The notes below the pieces were generated by a model. The model searched no databases and was not told the DNA's origin. It saw only the letters and a program-made list of their open reading frames with translations. DNA of 64,000 nt from a virus. The translations under genes were made by a program, and so were the position numbers. The DNA is taken from positions 1 to 64,000 of the IMG/VR virus record IMGVR_UViG_3300045978_000140; one strand, written 5' to 3'. Of this stretch, positions 55,288 to 64,000 are shown piece by piece (position 1 is the first letter of the stretch; every line of letters starts with the position of its first letter).

Positions 55288-56517
55288 ATGGCAGATTTTT
55301 CATTAACCACGCTCTTTGTAGTCCCTTCAACCCAGGCTGCAATACCTCCAGCAGGTGTTACCAGTACTCAGGATTTAGGTGCAGGGCAGTTGGGGTTTTT
55401 CAGAAATGACTACACAGTTGCTAACGCAGGTAATGTGGCAGCAGCACCCTATTTTTACATTGCACAAGGTAGAGCAAACACCTATTTGCAAGGTAGCAAA
55501 CGTTCAGACAAAATAAAAGGTTGTGCAGCCACAGCCAATTGTAATGCTAACGTATATGAGTTTTACAAGATAAAAGGTTGTCCAACAGCGATGACCCAAA
55601 TCACTGAGGTAAAAGACTGGAATGTACAATGTGGTGACGTTGTTACCATTACATTACGTGGACATTCAAGTTACATGGACACTATTGCTTTCAATGGATT
55701 TACAAGATCAGTAACTGTGCAAGCACCTTGTTGTGATTGTGGTGAAGATCCTTGTGCTGATCTTGGAGCAACTGATATTCAAGCATTGGTAGATGCCTTT
55801 ATTGAAAAATTGCGCTTCGCAGCTCCTGGAAACAATCCAGACAATCTTTCTTTGAATAGCTTCTATACATTTGAAAGAGTTGGAACTGGAGCAGCATCTA
55901 TCCTTCGTATCACTGGAAAACCATTAACCAAATATGGTGTACCTTGTGATATCGCAGCCTTCCCTTGGGAATATGATAGAATGTGGTTTAGAACTTTCGT
56001 TTATGAAGGTCCAGCTACCACAGCTGACTTCATCGTGGCAGACAATTGTAACATTGTGGCTAATGCTGTAATCATGCAGAGATCTTCTTATCCAACAGGA
56101 ACTGCTGCAGAAATCAGACAATTAGAAATCAACCATCACAGCTATCAAGCAGGTTACCTTAAACATTTGTACAGAATGGCAGGGTATAATGGAAACTTTG
56201 AGAGCTATGTGGTAGATGGTTTAGTGTATGACACTTATTACATCAAGTTTAAAGAGTATGACAAAAACTCTTGGCAGTGGGGTGACTTCATGGAAACAGA
56301 CTACGCAGTTATTCTTGCAGTACCTGCTGTAGTTAATAGCCCTGATGTTCCTGCTGAAGCTTTGATAGCAACAGTTGATGCTTTCTTTGCTGCTGCATTT
56401 GGTGTTACCATCACTGATCCTACTGTGACTTTGAATGCTGATTGTGTTACAACAACTTCAACAACCACAGCTGTTGCACCATCAACTACAACCACTACTT
56501 CTACTTTGATTCCATAA
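55288..56517 (+). CDS. Hypothetical structural protein with C-terminal poly-Thr tail
   Basis: 409 aa ending TTTSTTTAVAPSTTTTTSTLIP. Confidence 0.5.
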   Translation: MADFSLTTLFVVPSTQAAIPPAGVTSTQDLGAGQLGFFRNDYTVANAGNVAAAPYFYIAQGRANTYLQGSKRSDKIKGCAATANCNANVYEFYKIKGCPTAMTQITEVKDWNVQCGDVVTITLRGHSSYMDTIAFNGFTRSVTVQAPCCDCGEDPCADLGATDIQALVDAFIEKLRFAAPGNNPDNLSLNSFYTFERVGTGAASILRITGKPLTKYGVPCDIAAFPWEYDRMWFRTFVYEGPATTADFIVADNCNIVANAVIMQRSSYPTGTAAEIRQLEINHHSYQAGYLKHLYRMAGYNGNFESYVVDGLVYDTYYIKFKEYDKNSWQWGDFMETDYAVILAVPAVVNSPDVPAEALIATVDAFFAAAFGVTITDPTVTLNADCVTTTSTTTAVAPSTTTTTSTLIP

Positions 56518-56594
56518 TCCCAGTAGATTTGTTTAACCTAATGTCAGAGGTATGAGAGGATTTCTCTGTCCTCTGACATTTTAATTTTAAAACC

Positions 56595-57161
56595 ATGGCA
56601 AGTCTAAAGTTGAAGATAGTGATGCTTGATACACATGATGTCAAGACTATAAATATAGCTGATGCTTCTAAATATCCTTCAGATCCCCCTGTAGTGACCA
56701 ATCCTACATTGATGGCTACCCCTCCAGGGTTTCCTCCTATACCTATACGTTTTAAACCAAAGAGTAATAATATACTTGATTCTAAGTGTTTAGGTATTAC
56801 AATGGAAGGAGATGAACTAATTCCACTTCCTGATGGTGTGTATCACTTTAGTTATTCTGTAGCTCCTGCAGCTACGTTTACTGATACTATATCCATTATG
56901 AGAGTGAATAAACTACAGGAGAAATTTGATAGAGTATTTATGAGTCTGGATATGATGGAATGTGATAGAGAAATCAAAACACAGGCTAAAGTAAAGCTCA
57001 ATACAATATATCTGCTTATACAGGGCAGCATAGCTGCTGCTAATAATTGTGCCATCATAGAGGCTAACAAGCTTTATGACAAAGCGTCATCAATGTTAGA
57101 TAGTATGATGAACAATAACTGTGGATGTGCTGGTAATATTTTCATACATAATTTTAAGTAA
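56595..57161 (+). CDS. Hypothetical structural protein
   Basis: 188-aa ORF. Confidence 0.5.
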   Translation: MASLKLKIVMLDTHDVKTINIADASKYPSDPPVVTNPTLMATPPGFPPIPIRFKPKSNNILDSKCLGITMEGDELIPLPDGVYHFSYSVAPAATFTDTISIMRVNKLQEKFDRVFMSLDMMECDREIKTQAKVKLNTIYLLIQGSIAAANNCAIIEANKLYDKASSMLDSMMNNNCGCAGNIFIHNFK

Positions 57162-57266
57162 TATGGCAACTTGTGTAGGATGTGGGGCTCATGTGGGCTG
57201 TGGGTGCTCTCTACAAGGAGGGTTATGCGCAGCATGTATAGCTAAACTACAAAATCCAGATAAAAA

Positions 57267-57947
57267 ATGATAGTTCCTAGAGTATCAAATTGTAAAGAGT
57301 GTGCAGAGATAATGCCCTTGATTGACGCTATCAACTGTAAGTTGTACGAGGCCAGTGTGGACATGTACAACAATATTGCTTATGCGTTAAATCATAGGAC
57401 ACCTGTCACTGATTTGTTGGATCTCTTGCATTACAAGAGAATCCTTATGAACAAGTATGTTGATATGAATTATGCCTGTGATTTTACTATTAATCAAATT
57501 GCTAACAGGGTTAGAATACTGACAGCAGGTTGTGCAAAGTGTGTACACAAGGAAGTTATTAAAGTGTTTCACCCATTACCTAACCTTTGTCCAACAACAA
57601 CTACTACCACAACACCAGGGCCTACAACAACCACTAGTACCACAGTAGTTCCAACAACAACCAGTACTACTACTCTAGTTCCTACTACCACAACTACTAC
57701 AACAGGATTCCCTATTGGGTTTTCTTCAGGATTTGGTGACCCAAATGTTTGTTGTCAGTTTGGAAGCGTTAATCAGAATAATTGGTATGCAAATACTCCT
57801 ACAATAGATGTTGGTGTTAGAATATATACTGATCCTGCTTTAACTTTTCCACTTACTATTGCTGGAAGTAATTACTATAAATATCAGGGAGCTGCTTGGA
57901 CGATAAGTGGTACAGGATTTATTACAACTAAATTTACCTGTCCTTAA
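57267..57947 (+). CDS. Two-domain protein joined by a long poly-Thr linker
   Basis: CPTTTTTTTPGPTTTTSTTVVPTTTSTTTLVPTTTTTTTGFP sits between an N-terminal Cys-containing domain and a C-terminal domain. Confidence 0.5.
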   Translation: MIVPRVSNCKECAEIMPLIDAINCKLYEASVDMYNNIAYALNHRTPVTDLLDLLHYKRILMNKYVDMNYACDFTINQIANRVRILTAGCAKCVHKEVIKVFHPLPNLCPTTTTTTTPGPTTTTSTTVVPTTTSTTTLVPTTTTTTTGFPIGFSSGFGDPNVCCQFGSVNQNNWYANTPTIDVGVRIYTDPALTFPLTIAGSNYYKYQGAAWTISGTGFITTKFTCP

Positions 57948-57975
57948 TTTAATAACAATTTAAAAAATATAAACC

Positions 57976-59073
57976 ATGGCTTGTTCAAATTGTTTTAATG
58001 GCTGTGCAGATGTAATCTCTGACCAGTGTGTCAAATATACAGGAGTAGATATTCCTGGTCTTAATATTAAGACTGGGGACAGTTTGCTGTTGGTAGAGAA
58101 CAGACTGACTAATAAGATACTGACACTTATGGATGGCTCAGGAGTCTATCCTATTATAAATGCCAACGATATTTGTACCTTGGTGCAAACCAATTTACCT
58201 TGTTGTCCACCACCTAATTTAAACCAGATTCTTACTGCATATGTGAAATCTATTTGTTCTATAGATAGTAGAGTGATATCATTGGAACAGAAAATGATTA
58301 TAGTCCAATCAGAGTTGGCAGCCTTAAATGCTGACTATGATATTCCTGCTTGTCTTGATGATCTTGATCCTACATCAAGCACTCACGAGGTACTCCAGGC
58401 TGTTATGGATAAACTGTGTAGTGTGGAAACTGATTTACATTCTAACTATACTCCTACAGCTGAGCTGGATGATCTAATTGCAGCTCACATTGCTGAACAA
58501 GCTACAACTAATCCAAAGAATTATCTCAAAATGATTCCTTATGTAGCCTATCCTTACTTTTTTAATAAAAGTGGGCCAGGTGTAGATGATTTCTTTGATG
58601 CAGATGGTGTAGGACATGGTATATGGGAAAAGGTCTATCTATGTAATGGTACCAGCAAATCTGGAATACCTGACTTAAGGGGTAGAACCTTAGTAGGAGC
58701 AACTGATATGGGTACTACTACTATGGACACTACAGTTAGACCAGGAGTTAATGGAAACCCTGAGTATAATTTAAGATCTACATTTGGGGCTAATGAAGTG
58801 CCTCTAACAAATGTTAACCAGATGCCTTCACACAACCACATAGCATCAATAGGAAATGCTGGTGCACACAATCATACAGTTACAGCTTATATTCAATCAG
58901 GATCCAATGATGGTAGTGGTGGAGAGGCTGCTGGTTATTTTCAACCTAATACTCCTACAAGTAGTGTAGGAGATCATACACATACTATAACTATAGAAAA
59001 TAATGGTGCTGGTGAGCCTCACGCTAATATTCAGCCTTCTATAGGATGTAATTTTATAATGCATATACCTTAA
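57976..59073 (+). CDS. Tail fibre protein with phage tail-collar domain
   Basis: GIPDLRGRTLVGA and HNHT...GEPHANIQPSIGCNFIMHIP match the tail-collar signature (PDLRGRF ... N.QPY). Confidence 0.65.
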   Translation: MACSNCFNGCADVISDQCVKYTGVDIPGLNIKTGDSLLLVENRLTNKILTLMDGSGVYPIINANDICTLVQTNLPCCPPPNLNQILTAYVKSICSIDSRVISLEQKMIIVQSELAALNADYDIPACLDDLDPTSSTHEVLQAVMDKLCSVETDLHSNYTPTAELDDLIAAHIAEQATTNPKNYLKMIPYVAYPYFFNKSGPGVDDFFDADGVGHGIWEKVYLCNGTSKSGIPDLRGRTLVGATDMGTTTMDTTVRPGVNGNPEYNLRSTFGANEVPLTNVNQMPSHNHIASIGNAGAHNHTVTAYIQSGSNDGSGGEAAGYFQPNTPTSSVGDHTHTITIENNGAGEPHANIQPSIGCNFIMHIP

Positions 59074-59077
59074 TATC

Positions 59078-59320
59078 ATGTGTTGCTATAAAAATTCTCA
59101 GCCTTGTTCCTGTGGAGGAACATGTAACAACTGCCAGAAGACATCTTCTGACACTGTACAGTATATTGGTCCAAATCTTCCTATTACAGGGATAAATTTC
59201 AACGATACCTTTACTGTTGTTGTACAGAAAATAGAGGAAGCTATGCATAATATGCAAACAACTACTACTACTACAAGTACAACAGCAGCTCCTACAACTA
59301 CTACTACAACAACACCATAA
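59078..59320 (+). CDS. Cys-rich small protein ending in a poly-Thr tail
   Basis: CCYKNSQPCSCGGTCNNCQ ... TTTTTSTTAAPTTTTTTTP, stop, then the next ATG 1 nt later. Confidence 0.45.
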   Translation: MCCYKNSQPCSCGGTCNNCQKTSSDTVQYIGPNLPITGINFNDTFTVVVQKIEEAMHNMQTTTTTTSTTAAPTTTTTTTP

Positions 59321-59321
59321 T

Positions 59322-59861
59322 ATGAACTTAGTAATCCAGTTTACAGTAATAGGCGCAGATGCTGGCCCATTTGATATCTATTCAGATGTGAATGGGTATA
59401 GCGCTGCCTTTGCTTCAGGTATTACTACTGCTCAATTATTAATAGGATATTCTACAACTCAGGCTCCAGATGGAACAACAGTTGTGAAGTTGAAATCCCT
59501 TGGAGCATGTAAAACAGAAACTTTGGTTAATGTGACAGGTATTCCTACAACAACAACATCAACAACAGTAAATCCTCCATCAACAACAACATCTTCCAGC
59601 ACTACTGTAGGTCCTACTCAGCACTATCATCATGAGATTATTACATACACATGTCTTAATAATGGTTGTAATTCTGTGGGATTTGGAGTGTTTATTAATA
59701 AGTTTCAGTTAACAGTAAATAGATATTACTTAAATCCACAGGATGGTCAGGTAATGCTGATAACCAGTGTGATTCCAACAATGTCACTCAGTGGTGGTCT
59801 TGTAGCTACCAGCAGTGGAAAACTCAATTGTAGCCAAGTAGATTGTAATGCATTACCTTAA
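59322..59861 (+). CDS. Fibre/receptor-binding module protein (paralog of the 59865-60644 N-domain)
   Basis: GADAGPFDIYSDVNGYSAAFASGITTAQLLIGYSTTQAPDGTTVVKLKSLGAC is paralogous to the next gene. Internal linker TTTTSTTVNPPSTTTSSSTT. Confidence 0.5.
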   Translation: MNLVIQFTVIGADAGPFDIYSDVNGYSAAFASGITTAQLLIGYSTTQAPDGTTVVKLKSLGACKTETLVNVTGIPTTTTSTTVNPPSTTTSSSTTVGPTQHYHHEIITYTCLNNGCNSVGFGVFINKFQLTVNRYYLNPQDGQVMLITSVIPTMSLSGGLVATSSGKLNCSQVDCNALP

Positions 59862-59864
59862 ATT

Positions 59865-60644
59865 ATGACAACACTAATAACATTAACGACAGCAGATACA
59901 GATACTGGTCCATTCAGTTTGTATTCAAACATAGATGCTTACACAGTTCCTTTTGTGACTGGAGTAAGCAGAGCTGCTTTGATGGCTGGTTACTCAACCA
60001 CGCTGGTTCCTGATGGTGCTATCATTGTTAGAGTTAAATCTGAGGGAAAATGTCTTAATTATACAGATATTTCTCTTGTATATCCTTCACCTACAACAAC
60101 TACAACAACAACCCCTGCTCCACCAGTTGCTTGTAATGGAGTGGCTTTACCAGGAGGTGCAGGAGTTACAGAGGTTTCTGTAGCTCTTGATCCTGCAGGA
60201 GGAGTAGTTATATTCCAGGTAGGTGGTCAAGGAGTTCCTGATAAGTTTGAAATTATACATAATGGTGTTAAAAAATCAACATCCAGTATGTCTGCAGGAG
60301 ACACCAACTCAGGTCCTTTTGATAATGTATATGGAGATCCTACTGTACCACCAGATGCAGCCTCTGTAAATGGTATACCTCAGTTTATAGGCACTAATAA
60401 AGGAACAGTACCAACTAGAAAGGCTGAGTTTGATGCTGCTAACCCTGGTTTAGGATATATAGACTTAATTGACCCTGTTCCTCCTCCAACTATTCATTAT
60501 CAACAGCTTATATGGTGGAAATATACAAATGTAGATTATGCTTCAGGCACTTTTGCTATTCTAAGAATGACTGGTCCTAGTGGTACAGCATGGGATACAC
60601 AAAGGTTGTGTCCTACTACTAGTACTACGACTACCACACCATAA
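59865..60644 (+). CDS. Fibre/receptor-binding module protein (paralogous N-domain, two poly-Thr linkers)
   Basis: TADTDTGPFSLYSNIDAYTVPFVTGVSRAALMAGYSTTLVPDGAIIVRVKSEGKC. Linkers PSPTTTTTTTPAPP and CPTTSTTTTTP at the C-terminus. Confidence 0.5.
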   Translation: MTTLITLTTADTDTGPFSLYSNIDAYTVPFVTGVSRAALMAGYSTTLVPDGAIIVRVKSEGKCLNYTDISLVYPSPTTTTTTTPAPPVACNGVALPGGAGVTEVSVALDPAGGVVIFQVGGQGVPDKFEIIHNGVKKSTSSMSAGDTNSGPFDNVYGDPTVPPDAASVNGIPQFIGTNKGTVPTRKAEFDAANPGLGYIDLIDPVPPPTIHYQQLIWWKYTNVDYASGTFAILRMTGPSGTAWDTQRLCPTTSTTTTTP

Positions 60645-60752
60645 TATCAATATGTTTATTGGTTTTCATATTGATAGGTTTTCCCCAGTGTAAAGAGCTG
60701 GGGAACACCATTTTATAACCAAGTTAATTATAAATAATAATCAATATGGTTA

Positions 60753-61541
60753 GTGGACTATAGTATTTCTCCCAACTATTTTTTAACTTTACCATATTTT
60801 ATAATACTTAAGCTAATGTCAACAATGAGAAACATAGTGAGTGATGTGAGAAGTCTTCACAAACTACTATCAACAGACAGTATGATTACAGACAGGGCTA
60901 TAGCTTCTGAGATTAGAAATAATATGCTTCTCTTAGCCAAAAGGGAGACAAATCTTAGAAAATTGTGGGCTACTGATACTGTATTTACAACTATACCTTG
61001 TCTGGAAATGATACAGGTACCTATTTCAGAATGCTGTAATTATGTAGATAATTGCACAATAGCAAGAACAAAACATAAAATCCCAAAGATAGCAGAAGGT
61101 AATTACCAATATGTTATCCAAGGGGTTTATTCTATTAATGCAATGGGTGGAAATGGAAAGAAACTAAAAGAAATCACAGTAAATAGATATATGAATCTAA
61201 AAAAACTACCTGTTGTTAAGCAGGAAAGTTACTTCTGGATAACCAATGATTACCTATATGTAACTAATCCAGATATAGAGGCAATAAGATTAGTGGCTTT
61301 CTTTGAAGATGCTGTTCCAAATGAAGTGTTATATCCTGATTGTCGTTGTAGCAATAAGGTTACTGATGAGGAGTATTGCAAAAATCCTTTAGATAAAGAG
61401 TTTTCATTACCTGGATATTTGAGAAGCCAGGTACTGGCTATGACTTCTCAGAGGTTGCTGCAAACATATTTTAATCTTAAGACTGATATGGCAGACAATG
61501 GTATAGATGGACAGGCACCTAACGCTCCTAATTTTAGTTAA
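60753..61541 (+). CDS. Hypothetical structural protein
   Basis: 262-aa ORF. Confidence 0.45.
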   Translation: MDYSISPNYFLTLPYFIILKLMSTMRNIVSDVRSLHKLLSTDSMITDRAIASEIRNNMLLLAKRETNLRKLWATDTVFTTIPCLEMIQVPISECCNYVDNCTIARTKHKIPKIAEGNYQYVIQGVYSINAMGGNGKKLKEITVNRYMNLKKLPVVKQESYFWITNDYLYVTNPDIEAIRLVAFFEDAVPNEVLYPDCRCSNKVTDEEYCKNPLDKEFSLPGYLRSQVLAMTSQRLLQTYFNLKTDMADNGIDGQAPNAPNFS

Positions 61542-62019
61542 TATGTGTAGAGTTAAGGTAGAGTGGCGCTCAGCGAGTAAAGAGAACTATGCATTGTTCT
61601 GTAAGAAATACCCAAACCTCAAATTGACGTATGTGGAATGGGAACAAATAATATACGCCTATAATGATTTATTTAGAGAGTATATCCTGGAAACAGGCAA
61701 CAAAGAAAAGATTCCTATGGGATTGGGAGAGATTACCATAAACAAGAAGAGAAGAAGAAAAATGAAAGGACCAAATGATGAGTATGTCAATTTGGCTGTA
61801 GATTGGAAGAAAACAAAAGAAAAAGGAAAACTTATATATAACTTCAACTACCATACAGAGGGATTCTTTTTTGGGTGGCATTGGTTCCCCAAGTCAGCAA
61901 GATTCAAACATTCCAATCTATGGTTTTTTAGACCCTGTAGAGTCACATCTAGACTCATAAACCACTATATAAAAGTAGATGATAAGTATCAACACATTTA
62001 TCGAGAATGGCAAATATAA
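61507..62019 (+). CDS. Hypothetical basic protein
   Basis: 170 aa with KKRRRKMKGPNDE. Confidence 0.45.
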   Translation: MDRHLTLLILVNMCRVKVEWRSASKENYALFCKKYPNLKLTYVEWEQIIYAYNDLFREYILETGNKEKIPMGLGEITINKKRRRKMKGPNDEYVNLAVDWKKTKEKGKLIYNFNYHTEGFFFGWHWFPKSARFKHSNLWFFRPCRVTSRLINHYIKVDDKYQHIYREWQI

Positions 62020-62025
62020 AAAACA

Positions 62026-62976
62026 ATGAGTTACTACTATAGATACAACTTCGTAAGCCCAGAGCCTGTCTTTGCTACAATAAAGGAGGAGTTCAAGAGC
62101 TATTTTGACACTGGTGCAGTGGATGATTTGCTCTTTCCTACCTATCTGGATAAGTGCTTAAAGAAGTTAGGACGCACCAGTTATAAGATAGTACCTGTGG
62201 TACTGGATATATGTGATTTCGAGGCTAGATTGCCAGACAATTTCTATGCTGTTCGAGAGGCATGGTTATGTACAGAGGTGAACTTACGCCCATCACAAAC
62301 CCCCAATTCTTTCTACTCACAGACTGCTAGTGCTAATACCATCCAGGTTGGACCTACAACCACAGAACAAACACAAGCTTGCCCAAATGCTGATTGTAAC
62401 AATGTGGATTGTAATGGTTGCTGTATGCCTGACATGATTCAGGTGGTATATAAAACCAACCATGAGGTTCCTAGAACCTTAAATAGACAGTATTTACTTA
62501 AACCTGGAAATCATTCTGTAAAGAAACACTGTGATTTAGGATGTGCAAACTTTGGTTCTGAAGCTCCTGATACTTTTGACATCAGGGATAATAAGTTTGT
62601 TACCAATTTTAGACATGGTACTGTCTTCATGTTAATGTATTCTACAGAATATGATGATGAGGGTACTCAATTAATCCCAGATAACTATCGTATCAGAGAG
62701 TTTATAGAAGCCTTTATTAAGTATAAAGTTGTTGAGATACTCACTAATCAAACTAATGATGAAACCTTCAACCAATTACAGCAAAAGTTGATGTACTATA
62801 AGCAACTCTGTGATGAAGCTTACATAATGGCAGACATTGAGATTAAGAAACAAGATGTTTTTGCTAAGCAGAGAAGAATAATCAAGGATATGAACAGATT
62901 TAATATATATGCTCTTCCTGAACGTATAAGACGTGATGGAAGAAATTTTCATGGTCCATTCAGAAATAATATATAA
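62026..62976 (+). CDS. Hypothetical Cys-rich structural protein
   Basis: 316 aa with CPNADCNNVDCNGCCMPD. Confidence 0.5.
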   Translation: MSYYYRYNFVSPEPVFATIKEEFKSYFDTGAVDDLLFPTYLDKCLKKLGRTSYKIVPVVLDICDFEARLPDNFYAVREAWLCTEVNLRPSQTPNSFYSQTASANTIQVGPTTTEQTQACPNADCNNVDCNGCCMPDMIQVVYKTNHEVPRTLNRQYLLKPGNHSVKKHCDLGCANFGSEAPDTFDIRDNKFVTNFRHGTVFMLMYSTEYDDEGTQLIPDNYRIREFIEAFIKYKVVEILTNQTNDETFNQLQQKLMYYKQLCDEAYIMADIEIKKQDVFAKQRRIIKDMNRFNIYALPERIRRDGRNFHGPFRNNI

Positions 62977-62978
62977 TT

Positions 62979-64000
62979 ATGGCAAAAAAGAGAGCAGATG
63001 ATGACACTCCTAAAGGTGATATTAACTTTGAGTATAATCAGGGCGTAACAGGGCTAAATATGGATAATATTCCTAGTCAGATTGACAAGGGATCACTATC
63101 CTATGCTCTAAATGCTGCTCTTGAGAACTTTGATGCTAATAGTATTACCTACCAAAATGAGCCTGGTACTGAGTTCTGTTTAAACTTCCCACATAACTAT
63201 ATAGTTGTGGGGAGATACCTCATCCCTGAAATCCCTAAGACAGTCTTTTTCCTGGCGAACCCAATCACTGGGGGCAGTGAGATAGGGTTTGTGGATAACA
63301 ATAACTGTCAGTATAAAACCCTAATCAATGATAACTGTCTTGGATTTGATGTTAATCATCCTATCCATAAAGTAGTTCATAAAACCAACAATTGTGGTAC
63401 AGAGATTTATTGGGCACAGGCTGGTCAGGATAGAAGATTCTTGAATCTAGACAAACCAATACCAATGATAGTTAGCTCAGGTAGTACTCCTTGTGACGAG
63501 GAACTGACTGACAAGCTTGATTGTAACCAGCTTAGAGTACAGCCTACCTATACAATACCACAACTTTCAATTGAAGAAAATGGGGTTATATCTGGAGGAA
63601 ATTTAATTGCTGGTACCTATCAGTTTGCTATCCAATATAGTGATGCACAAGGGAATCCTCTATCTTCCTATCACTCAGTAACAAATCCTACCCCTATAGC
63701 TGACACACAACTGGCCACAGTAAACTTTAACTATCCTGTAGGCAAATCTATTATTGTTGATATCAAGGGCATAGAGACAGGAGGTCAATTTGAGTTTTTC
63801 AATATAGCTGTAATCAAAACAATTAATAATATCACTTCTGTAGAATTAGTGGGGACATTTCCTATCGAGGGCCCAGAGAAAGAAATAACTTACTCTGGGC
63901 AAAATGTCGCTCAGATAAGACTTACAATAGGTGATATATTCGAGAAGTTTCCTGCATATGGTCCTGCAGAAGATGTGACAACAGCAGATGATGTTCTGAT
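62979..64000 (+). CDS. Large structural protein, 5' part (ORF open to window end)
   Basis: ATG at 62979 (MAKKRADDDTPKGD...). More than 340 codons without a stop. Not in the ORF track because no stop lies in the window. Confidence 0.5.
   Translation, partial: MAKKRADDDTPKGDINFEYNQGVTGLNMDNIPSQIDKGSLSYALNAALENFDANSITYQNEPGTEFCLNFPHNYIVVGRYLIPEIPKTVFFLANPITGGSEIGFVDNNNCQYKTLINDNCLGFDVNHPIHKVVHKTNNCGTEIYWAQAGQDRRFLNLDKPIPMIVSSGSTPCDEELTDKLDCNQLRVQPTYTIPQLSIEENGVISGGNLIAGTYQFAIQYSDAQGNPLSSYHSVTNPTPIADTQLATVNFNYPVGKSIIVDIKGIETGGQFEFFNIAVIKTINNITSVELVGTFPIEGPEKEITYSGQNVAQIRLTIGDIFEKFPAYGPAEDVTTADDVL

Noticed and set aside
57162-57270. Possible ~35-aa Cys-rich peptide (MATCVG..CGAHVGCGCSLQGGLCAACIAKLQNPDKK)
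   Set aside because: Only obtained by joining two frames. As written, the sequence has a one-base frame break (ggattgtgg), so no intact ORF. It could be a sequencing error, but I cannot claim it.
57590-60640. Short tandem aca/act repeats considered as a possible CRISPR array or DGR target
   Set aside because: They are in-frame Thr codons within ORFs, with no spacer/repeat architecture. No reverse transcriptase or Cas gene is in the window.
1-64000. Integrase, repressor or lysis cassette to decide prophage versus free phage
   Set aside because: None recognisable in this window. The question cannot be settled from this sequence alone.

Overview
This window looks like one contiguous dsDNA phage (or prophage) genome segment from a Bacteroidetes-type host. 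The host call rests on no Shine-Dalgarno sites, an A-rich 'aaacaatcaaaattATG' start context, a T9SS C-terminal sorting domain protein and a Bacteroidetes-style OMP beta-barrel protein. Positions 1-43327 are almost entirely minus-strand genes. This block holds the replication/recombination set: a partial UDG-like gene, a LAGLIDADG homing endonuclease, a primase-like protein, an SF2 DEAH helicase, a DnaB-like helicase, a family-A DNA polymerase, a metallophosphoesterase and a HAD phosphatase. It also holds many small accessory ORFs. Among them are an SPFH/band-7 protein, a classic AAA ATPase, a DUF2829 (Tad2-like) protein, a vWA protein, an OMP beta-barrel, an 874-aa T9SS-sorted cysteine-rich protein, a J-domain protein, and a tRNA-Trp plus two irregular tRNA-like elements. 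A divergent control region lies at 43328-43472. Plus-strand genes then run to the window end: an HU-like protein, a zinc-finger protein, the large terminase, a putative portal, scaffold and major capsid, an initiator-like tRNA-Met, a tail-collar fibre protein, and a run of small ORFs with paralogous domains joined by poly-Thr linkers. No integrase, repressor or lysis genes were recognised in this window. Several minus-strand rho-independent terminators and a conserved intergenic hairpin motif are visible. All functional calls come from motif recognition by eye; none could be checked by search.
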